Shown piece by piece: positions 57,001 to 64,000 of a stretch of 64,000 nucleotides of DNA (the stretch's first letter is position 1; each line of letters begins with the position of its first letter). The notes under the pieces are model-generated. The model ran no database searches. It was not told where the DNA came from and worked only from the letters and a program-made list of their open reading frames with translations. This stretch comes from a virus (Duplodnaviria > Caudoviricetes). Both the position numbers and the translations under genes were made by a program. The stretch spans positions 1 to 64,000 of IMG/VR virus record IMGVR_UViG_3300028833_000073. The stretch is one strand, 5' to 3'.

Positions 57001-60000
57001 AGACCATCTTTTTTAATCCCTTTACCATATTTAATCTTACCACTACCAATACCCATGTATTGCATATTAGCCATAGGATTACCATCAGGATTCTCATATG
57101 CGTATTTAGCGCAAGCTTCTAATATAAACACAAAAGGATTACTAATCAAATCTGCTACATCCATAGCACCTGCGCAGAAACTAGCAAAGTCTTCACTAAA
57201 TCCAAGATCAACTAGAATATCATATAAATTCCATCCTGCATATTTCTCTGCACCTTTTCCACCTAACTTAGTAGCTACATATTTCGCAATAGTAGTAACT
57301 GCACCCATACCATATCTAGAACCTAGTCCCAAATTAGGTATAAATACTTTTCTTCTCATTTCATTCAATTGATCAGGAGTAAATATAGCTTTAGGCTTAT
57401 TCTCTGGGAATGTTCCAGGAGTTCTAGGAATTCTATCAATATCAATCTTAGGAACAGCAGGTTTAGGCTTATTCTCTGGGAATGTTCCAGGAGTTCTAGG
57501 AATTCTATCAACATCAATCTTAGGAACATCAGGTTTAGGCATTTCAACAGGTTTAACAACTTCAGTAGGAATATTAGGTTTAGGCATTTCAACAGGTTTA
57601 GTAACTTCAATAGGAGTATTAGGCATCTTAGGAGCTATATCATCTTTCTTAGGAACAACTACATCTGGTTTATCTATCTTAGTTTCTGCAAATGGATCTA
57701 CACCACCAGTCATCCAACGATCAACTGGTAACATACCTCCACGCTTCCACATATAAGAATCTACTAAGAAGTGTTGCCATGTTCTAACAGGACTATATTC
57801 TCTATATCCAAGTGCTTGTTGTGCTGCCTGATTCAAAGGCATACTAGGATCAGGTTCTCTATTAAATCCAACTGCTTTAGCTACATCTTCTAATGTACCT
57901 ACACCTTTAATATACTCTCTGACTACATTTGATGCTTTACTAGAATCATTATAGTATTCTCCACCTTGGAATGTATCTATCTTAGCTTGAGTAATACCAA
58001 GTAATGAAGTATCTCTACTACGGATATCTTTAATGAAGTCATTCTCTTTCCACTCATCATATTCTACTTTATCTGCTATTGGCTCCATTAGCTTCTGTGG
58101 AGTTGTTTGTTTAAATGGATATGCGATAGCATCTCTTACTTTAATCCAGAAATCATCTAACCATCCAAAGATTCCACTTCTTCTCTTCTTCCATCTACGT
58201 TGTTTCTCTAGCTTCTGTAGTATTATCTCATCTGAATCTGTAGGTTTACATCTATACTTATCGGGTCCATTGTATCCTTTAATATCTCCATTAGGATCAA
58301 ACTGTACATTCTTCCATGGATCACTAGCCATTCCATATTTAGTCTTACCACTACCTGTACCAGATAATGAGTATTCCCAAGGATTCATTCCAGATTTTTT
58401 AGTACAACCAGCATCAGGATGAATACCGTAATGTAAATGATCTCCAAATGAATGACCTGTATTGTCTGCCGTAGCAACTTGATCTCCAGCTTTTACTGTT
58501 TGACCAGGCTTTACTGTAGGAGCTGCATTGTGGGCAAACATATGATAGTTCCCTTTAGCATCCTTGATTATAACAAAGTGTCCATAACCTGCACCATAGC
58601 CTTCAGTACATGTATCATCAACAACACCGTTTACAGGTGTATATATAGGATCTCCGCTTCCATAAGCTAAGTCAACACCACCATGGAAATCTTCTGCACC
58701 ATTTAATGTTCTAGGTCCATAATCTGACGTTATTCCTTCATCCTTAGTAAAGTTATGATATTTCAACAATGCATCTACTGGGTTATCTCCTACTGGAGCT
58801 CCAGCATTAGGTCCTTGCGCTGCTTCTGCGCCTGCACTTGCTGCTGTCTGAGAACCATTAGAATTAGTATTTCCTGCATTAGGCTTAGGTACCGTTAGTA
58901 ATCCGAGTGCTTTTGCTTTAATCAATAGATCTTTAGCATATGGGTCAGTAGTCCAGAACTTAGCCAATGTTTGACCAATTAATCCACCACCAAATAGGCT
59001 ACCCATATCTCCTAAATCAGCACTAATAGATGTAGCATCGCCAGAACCAATAGCTACTGCTGCTCCAGGTCCTGCGCTATCTACAATCTTAGTAGGTGTC
59101 TTATCTCCTGTAGAATATTTACTATAGTACTCTTCAGCTTTAGGTATTCTTCTTGTATATAGATGATTAACCTCTGGATTCTCATTAGGTCTTTCTACTC
59201 TCTTCATAAATACTTCTGTAGCTGATTTTACATCAGGTCCATCTAACTGATCTAGCAATGCTTGTACTGAAGATTTGCCTAGAGTTATATCTTTTTCATG
59301 ATGTAAGAATTCATTACCAAGATAATCTATTTGTGTTTGATAACTACCTGTAGAACCTCCAACTTGTCCTGCATATTCTTTCAATCTGTCACGTCTTGAA
59401 TCACCTGCTCCAGCAGACCATTGATGCAGCCCATATCCTTTATCTTTTCCACCAGGGAATCCTGCTTCTTCTACTGCTTCTAGAGTATCATAGTGCTTCT
59501 CATTGCCTTCCCATGCACCAGGATCTAAGGAAGATTCAGCATCAAAGTTACCCATAAGAGCTGCCGTAGCATTCTCTGACCAACCTTTACTTCTGATATA
59601 TTTCCAAAGTTCTCCTGGATCCATTGAAGTTATAGCATCACCACTACCCTTACCATATTTAGACTTAGCTTTCTCTAAAACTTCATCAAATCTATGCTTT
59701 CTATCAAATAGCTCTCTCACATTAACTGGCATCTTCTGTAGCTGTTCATCATCTACTTCTGTCTTAACTCCTCTAGATTGTTGTAGCAATCTATCTTTTA
59801 CTGTAGCAATTTCTTTGATATTTATATGCCTTGCTATCTCTTTATCAGCCATAGATCTCTTTTCAGGTTTAATACTAGCTAGTGTAGTTCCAATATCAGT
59901 CTGAATAGAATTCATAGTTTTATATTCTTTAGGCTGTTGCTCATACCATTTCTTTTGTGCTTCAATTTTAGCTTTCTGTGCAGTTATAGTATCTTTAGTG

Positions 60001-63000
60001 GGATCCAATCTATTGTAATCAGGACCATTATAAGACCCAAGATCTTGCATAGTATTTCCAGTCTGATTTTGATTTTTAATCCATTTAAGCTGTGATTGTC
60101 TCTTAGCTTCTTTTACTGCTGGTGAATCATTATCCTCATCAATCTTATTGTAATCAGGACCATTATAACCTTCAATATTAGAACCTTTACCAAATTTACT
60201 CTTTCCACTACCTTTACCCTTCATAGACATTGGATCTTTAGTACCTGGCTGCTTCATAGACATTGGATCTTTAGTACCAGGCACATTATCCTTTAATCCA
60301 GCACTAGGAGTACATGCTTTAGCTTTATTCACAATATCATCTATCTGGTTGAATATTCCAGGTCCAGGACAATCTGTGTTATTATATTCTTTATGACCTT
60401 TTACTGTCTTCCTACTTACATCAAATCCATACTTAGTAGCTACATCCTTAATGAGCTGATACAAAGACTTAAGCTGTTCTGCTGTAGGTTTAACATCCTC
60501 TACGAAAGTACCTGATAAGTGAATACCAATACTATCACTATTATGACCTTGACAATGAGATCCTACTGTATCAATAGGTCTTCCTTCTTCTATTGTACCA
60601 TTCTTTCTGATTACAAAGTGATATCCGATACCTGCCCATCCATTACCTAGATGCCATTTATGTATCTCATCTGCTCCAACATCTCTATCATCTTTAGCAC
60701 TATTACCTGCTCCAGTATGATGTAGAATAATCTGTTTAGTCTCTTTTCTATTCTCTAATCCACTAGCCCACTTATATTCTTTATGAACTACATTTGCTAA
60801 TCCACTTCCTCCACCAGGCTTTACATCTCCAGCAGGTGTAACAGGTTTGGCATCTGAGGGGTTTCCTCCACCAATATTACCACCAAAGAGATTAGCATGG
60901 ATAATGGCAAGTGGTCCAAATGCACTAGCTAACATCTTTCCTACTACGCCACCGCCAAACTGATCCATGATACCTCCACCGCCACTACTAGTGGAAGTAG
61001 AAGTCTTATCAGAACCAGTTTTAACGTCAGCAATATCAGTAGATTGTTTAGTACCAGGTTTATACCCTTTTAACTTAGGTAGATCATCTTTATAGTCTCT
61101 TAAATGTGCACTCAATCCAGAAGCATAATTTGCTTGATCTCCAGCATAATATCCATTCTCTTTAAGTATTCTAGCAAAGTCTTCAGGATTATCAGCATTA
61201 GCAATATCAGATTGATACCGTTTATATACATTATTGAAAGCTCTTTGAGCATATTCTTCATCAGAATTAAATCTAGCATAATATCCACCTTCAGGACGAG
61301 GAACACCTTTATGGTCTTCACCCATTCCTTCATACCAAGTGAATCCACCATAGTTATGATCATCAGCACCAATCTTAGGAATAACAATACTCTCCATATC
61401 ACTTAGATACTTATTAGGACCACCAGTTTCATGCATCAATTGTGCCCAGAATAATTCAGGATGCTCACTTCCTACTAGCTTAGTAATATCTACTGCAATC
61501 TGTGCAAATGGAGGATCGCTATCTGTTGCAGGAGTACCCATACCATATTTAACTTTACTAGAACCTTTGCCTAGGAATGCAGCTCTTCTCATCTCAGTAA
61601 GTCTTCTAGATCTCTCTGCATTAGTCTCTATCTGTTGCTTTCCTTCAGATGTAATATTGAATCCTACACTACTCTTATTAAGAACTTGGTTAGCATTATA
61701 TAGAACATTACTTCTTCTCTCTTCAGGATCTTGGACTACTATGTCTCCACTCTTAGTAACTCCAGTAGCAGTTACATAGTGTGGGTTAGGTCCAAATGGA
61801 GTAGATTGACTTGTTCTATCATCAGTACCCATTAGAATAGTAGGTTTACCATGCTTAAGATTATCAAGTATATCACTCTTATTACTCGTCTGATCTGCAC
61901 TCAATCCAGCATCAGATGCCATTCTCTTAAAGTAATTAAACTTAGTACCACCATCAGTCTCTAACTCTTCATCCTTAACACTCTTTACCATAGATAATGG
62001 ATCTACTCTCTGTCCAGTTGCACCGGTGATAGCAGATGCCATAGCCATAGGACCACAAGCACGTTCTCCAATAGTCATCTTCTCTGTGTCAGAATCTTTA
62101 TTGAACTGAATATCTTTAATAGATGGATCTAACTGAGAGTAGTTAGCACCAATATTAGCAGCCATATATCTATTCTGTACTTCTTTCTTAGCATTGATTA
62201 CTGTTAAGCTATCATTCTCTTCATCAATCTTATTGAACTCAGGACCATTATAACCCTCTAAATCAGAACCTTTACCATACTTAGCTCTAATGAATCTATC
62301 AGTTTCTGGTCTACCATTCTCAAACGTATAAGTTCTATTAGGATCTACTCTATAAGAATTCCTTATCTTAGGATCTTTCTCTTTTCCTGAACCAGTACCA
62401 TCTTCTGGTACATAATCTGTGAGTTGCTCATTCTGTGCAACATCTTTAAGCTCTACATTTATTTCTCCTCTAATAATCTGATTAACTTTCTGACTTAGTA
62501 TCTTACCACTATTGACTCTATTAATCAAATATGCCTTATCATAATCACTCAGATTCTCAGATTCTTTAATCTCTTTGATAGCGTTTTGCTTAACTTCTTC
62601 TTTAGAAGCATTGATTTTCGCCAAGTCTTCATCTGTTCTATAAGTACTGTCAACTTGCTTTCTAAACTTTTGCTGTTCATCTGGAGGTAATTCATTATAT
62701 AATTTATCTAGTTCTCTCTTCTTCTTATCTCTTTCAGCTTGAGCTGCATTGGCTGCTTTAAGAGCTTCTAATTGTTCATGAGCTTTCTTAGCTTCTGCTA
62801 TTCTTTCTTCTGGAGTCTTCTTATAATCTTCTATCTTCTTCTTTACGTCACCAGCATCAGTACTTTCTATTTTAGACTTTTGATCTGTTTCATCCCACCA
62901 CTTAAAGAAGTTACTTACCTTATTCTTCAATCCACCTAAAGTATCTAGAATACTACTATTACCATCAAATACTTTACTAGCAATATATCCAAAAATCTTT

Positions 63001-64000
63001 CCAGGAAGTTTGAAATACTTATACATCAAATCTGCAAAAGCACCGAATACAGTCATTGGTTTAGATGCATCAAACACAATCTCTCTATGATCTAAATAGG
63101 TATTATCCCAGACTTCTTTAAACTCATATTCTTCATAGAATTTAGGATCGAATTTATTACCACCAATATTACCCATCCATTCAATAGCTGAGAATCCAGC
63201 TTTAGCTATAGCATTAAAAGTAGCTCTTACAAAGTTTACTCCCTTATAGATACTAAATCCAATACCAGCTACCCTACCACCAAATGAATCATCTTCATCA
63301 AATGGATTAGCAACACCAATCAAATCTATTGGATGACCTTCTTGAGCTAACTGAGAAATTTCTGCAAAACCATCTTCAGGATTAATTCTATTAACACTTT
63401 CTAGTACCTCATTCACAGCATCGAAAGCAGATCTACCTACCCATACTAATGCAGCAGGAGAAACTGCAAAACCACTCATCAATGTACCAACTAATGATCC
63501 AATAGCACCACCAAAACCTTGATATCCACCTGCATTATAAGCATCATATCCAGCAGTAATAACTCCTAAAGGATCACCTGCTATTACTCTATCTTTAACT
63601 CTAGTGAATGTTCCTGCTAGGTTACCAAATGCATCTCCAATTCCACCAAATACACTTCTAGTGACATCTAGTACTTTACTTACAACAAATCCACCCGTAG
63701 ACATTAAGAAGAAATGATTAGTAGCAAAGTCTTTCATCATCATCTTAATACCGGCAAATCTTTCATTAGGATCTATCTGAATCTGTTGATTCCATCTAGC
63801 AATCTCTTCTGGTCCAGCATCATTAAACGCTATTGCTTGTGCTCTATTATACAAAGTATCCCAATAATTCTTAACTCCCTTAATATCTTCTGCTATATTG
63901 AATGCTCCTTCAGCTAGATTTCTAATATTATCAAGAATAATATCGGGTAATTGCTTTATAAAATCTACTGCCTTTCCGGCAACAAACTTACCAGCATTCA
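54012..64000 (-). CDS. Giant tail (tape-measure / tail-associated lysin) protein, 5' end outside window: C39-like peptidase, glucosaminidase-like, Amidase_2, phage tail lysozyme, M23
   Basis: Frame is open to the window edge. ACGP..PHYV..QDP (~61660-62150); QLMHETG..HNYGG..NGYY (~61090-61500); ILHHT..GYHF..GHKE..DCPG (~60340-60760); MGNFDAES..GLHQW..ERP (~59130-59620); HGGVD..HLHY (~58380-58740). Confidence 0.85.
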   Translation of the reverse strand, partial: NAGKFVAGKAVDFIKQLPDIILDNIRNLAEGAFNIAEDIKGVKNYWDTLYNRAQAIAFNDAGPEEIARWNQQIQIDPNERFAGIKMMMKDFATNHFFLMSTGGFVVSKVLDVTRSVFGGIGDAFGNLAGTFTRVKDRVIAGDPLGVITAGYDAYNAGGYQGFGGAIGSLVGTLMSGFAVSPAALVWVGRSAFDAVNEVLESVNRINPEDGFAEISQLAQEGHPIDLIGVANPFDEDDSFGGRVAGIGFSIYKGVNFVRATFNAIAKAGFSAIEWMGNIGGNKFDPKFYEEYEFKEVWDNTYLDHREIVFDASKPMTVFGAFADLMYKYFKLPGKIFGYIASKVFDGNSSILDTLGGLKNKVSNFFKWWDETDQKSKIESTDAGDVKKKIEDYKKTPEERIAEAKKAHEQLEALKAANAAQAERDKKKRELDKLYNELPPDEQQKFRKQVDSTYRTDEDLAKINASKEEVKQNAIKEIKESENLSDYDKAYLINRVNSGKILSQKVNQIIRGEINVELKDVAQNEQLTDYVPEDGTGSGKEKDPKIRNSYRVDPNRTYTFENGRPETDRFIRAKYGKGSDLEGYNGPEFNKIDEENDSLTVINAKKEVQNRYMAANIGANYSQLDPSIKDIQFNKDSDTEKMTIGERACGPMAMASAITGATGQRVDPLSMVKSVKDEELETDGGTKFNYFKRMASDAGLSADQTSNKSDILDNLKHGKPTILMGTDDRTSQSTPFGPNPHYVTATGVTKSGDIVVQDPEERRSNVLYNANQVLNKSSVGFNITSEGKQQIETNAERSRRLTEMRRAAFLGKGSSKVKYGMGTPATDSDPPFAQIAVDITKLVGSEHPELFWAQLMHETGGPNKYLSDMESIVIPKIGADDHNYGGFTWYEGMGEDHKGVPRPEGGYYARFNSDEEYAQRAFNNVYKRYQSDIANADNPEDFARILKENGYYAGDQANYASGLSAHLRDYKDDLPKLKGYKPGTKQSTDIADVKTGSDKTSTSTSSGGGGIMDQFGGGVVGKMLASAFGPLAIIHANLFGGNIGGGNPSDAKPVTPAGDVKPGGGSGLANVVHKEYKWASGLENRKETKQIILHHTGAGNSAKDDRDVGADEIHKWHLGNGWAGIGYHFVIRKNGTIEEGRPIDTVGSHCQGHNSDSIGIHLSGTFVEDVKPTAEQLKSLYQLIKDVATKYGFDVSRKTVKGHKEYNNTDCPGPGIFNQIDDIVNKAKACTPSAGLKDNVPGTKDPMSMKQPGTKDPMSMKGKGSGKSKFGKGSNIEGYNGPDYNKIDEDNDSPAVKEAKRQSQLKWIKNQNQTGNTMQDLGSYNGPDYNRLDPTKDTITAQKAKIEAQKKWYEQQPKEYKTMNSIQTDIGTTLASIKPEKRSMADKEIARHINIKEIATVKDRLLQQSRGVKTEVDDEQLQKMPVNVRELFDRKHRFDEVLEKAKSKYGKGSGDAITSMDPGELWKYIRSKGWSENATAALMGNFDAESSLDPGAWEGNEKHYDTLEAVEEAGFPGGKDKGYGLHQWSAGAGDSRRDRLKEYAGQVGGSTGSYQTQIDYLGNEFLHHEKDITLGKSSVQALLDQLDGPDVKSATEVFMKRVERPNENPEVNHLYTRRIPKAEEYYSKYSTGDKTPTKIVDSAGPGAAVAIGSGDATSISADLGDMGSLFGGGLIGQTLAKFWTTDPYAKDLLIKAKALGLLTVPKPNAGNTNSNGSQTAASAGAEAAQGPNAGAPVGDNPVDALLKYHNFTKDEGITSDYGPRTLNGAEDFHGGVDLAYGSGDPIYTPVNGVVDDTCTEGYGAGYGHFVIIKDAKGNYHMFAHNAAPTVKPGQTVKAGDQVATADNTGHSFGDHLHYGIHPDAGCTKKSGMNPWEYSLSGTGSGKTKYGMASDPWKNVQFDPNGDIKGYNGPDKYRCKPTDSDEIILQKLEKQRRWKKRRSGIFGWLDDFWIKVRDAIAYPFKQTTPQKLMEPIADKVEYDEWKENDFIKDIRSRDTSLLGITQAKIDTFQGGEYYNDSSKASNVVREYIKGVGTLEDVAKAVGFNREPDPSMPLNQAAQQALGYREYSPVRTWQHFLVDSYMWKRGGMLPVDRWMTGGVDPFAETKIDKPDVVVPKKDDIAPKMPNTPIEVTKPVEMPKPNIPTEVVKPVEMPKPDVPKIDVDRIPRTPGTFPENKPKPAVPKIDIDRIPRTPGTFPENKPKAIFTPDQLNEMRRKVFIPNLGLGSRYGMGAVTTIAKYVATKLGGKGAEKYAGWNLYDILVDLGFSEDFASFCAGAMDVADLISNPFVFILEACAKYAYENPDGNPMANMQYMGIGSGKIKYGKGIKKDGLKWLGKTVLGNEAYEKASNYITENFPALANILDFAGYFDIISLAQLPFERAKALNDRIASGEITPQQALEEAQALQGEGSGKTKYGKGSKGVNVNIHNLSDWSASGIGKISADITKAGMKAIRQSRTGHKEGRMFVAYPETNDPSAYIDQINQIIASVGANADIEKVSIRSSDGTMTYSVPYDKFMALPKSQESFDEWYRNKSGFNPNMGDKPITPEAKPQQGKPSPQQEMLQERAKQVQERAKIKEDKKPIEKPQDIQEKPIPKPETPSIEKPKEEDRRSLQERLMQKRGKQVQERVKVVEEEKKKIEEPKPKMIETAHDTFKDVHVPTRDEKIRTNPFKEESNKVDWKANAFIKDNASRDTSLLGITQAKAEKFKGGEYYNDASKVSSTSRLYIKGAATLDEVAKAVGFSGIPSDSTKLNQSVQQALGYREYSPVRTWAHFVVDAELWKKGGMLPVDRWLTGGVDPFEELKKPIEKAQDIPEKPIPKPEPAKSKVEESTKKEEIHVPTRDEKIRTNPFKEETKKVDWKANAFIEDSMKRDTKVGDITQAKIDTFKGGEYFNDASKASPTARLYIKGAATLDEVAKAVGFNGIPTDDTVLNQATQQALGYREFGLNRTWAHFVVDAELWKKGGMLPVDRWTTGGVDPFEEDKTKENVKQPNNKIEGEVEDAVKLKEKGLAPEVAPNGKHYEEKEILALMDKGETRESAIATLSKMDKYCKKEDKKNKNPIDAFNALLKKIQDEVNNLFKNFGVESGIVKNENELDELGNIKAYKGPKEALITKDDNDEVKKKKLETQKKWIEENKKESKPTIDTNKLPDYTVGGGFSGDLKKNKQVNQLEQLENLKKEQPEKKDNIPTIIRQQEEDRAKVKDIEKEDTLEDIKKQTEETITQMDTVNQTQLKNAKDNIDSPPTGAVSQEEAVSLLREGVNYLKIIANALTGGNLNNTVNNTVNVRGGNNISMITNNKSARDRGDETANIDALQAMAAALFNVASR
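55054..58053 (-). repeat. Three copies of a ~120-aa (~360-bp) intragenic repeat
   Basis: WK.N.FI.D..RDT..ITQAK..GGEY..GGMLPVDRW.TGGVDPF at ~57690-58053, ~55594-55960 and ~55054-55420. Confidence 0.9.

Noticed and set aside
55054-58053. Diversity-generating retroelement TR/VR pair
   Set aside because: All copies are in-frame within one CDS, differences are not adenine-specific, and there is no reverse transcriptase in the window.
56735-62405. GxGSGK(T/S) motifs in the giant tail protein as Walker A P-loops
   Set aside because: They recur in low-complexity linkers with no preceding hydrophobic strand or Walker B, unlike the real GLSGSGKST at ~15390.
1-64000. Stop-codon recoding
   Set aside because: Long ORFs tile the window in the standard code, and TAA, TGA and TAG all end genes next to terminators or downstream starts.

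Overview
AT-rich (~30% GC by eye), densely coding segment of a jumbo myophage genome in the standard genetic code, of the type that encodes its own multisubunit RNA polymerase (phiKZ/AR9-like). Strong AAGGAGGTG Shine-Dalgarno (SD) sites suggest a Bacillota host. Recognisable genes are an RNAP beta'-like subunit (GGDYDGD), baseplate and tail genes, a >3,300-aa tail/tape-measure protein with five cell-wall-hydrolase/peptidase domains running off the right edge, a RusA-like resolvase, and PC4/YdbC, DUF3307 and Tad2/DUF2829 genes. Three regulatory codes are visible: an early promoter (ATATATTATA, 10 copies), a putative late promoter (xAC-N7-TAA, about 15 copies) and a family of GTAC-core terminators. 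Main hunt results: (1) An apparent virion cargo/polyprotein system in which unrelated enzyme modules (transglutaminase-like, ART-like, P-loop kinase, Nudix, GNAT, M23, PD-(D/E)xK) are joined by tandem hydrophobic-x-Glu linkers resembling prohead-protease sites; the same sites bound a six-gene paralog array and a leader-cargo-tail gene pair. (2) A ~300-450 nt multi-helix ncRNA candidate with its own promoter and terminator at ~44.94-45.40 kb. (3) A probable -1 frameshift joining gp26-like and gp51-like chaperone frames. (4) A second, Gly-rich linker code in the giant tail protein. All family calls are from motif recognition by eye; no searches were run.
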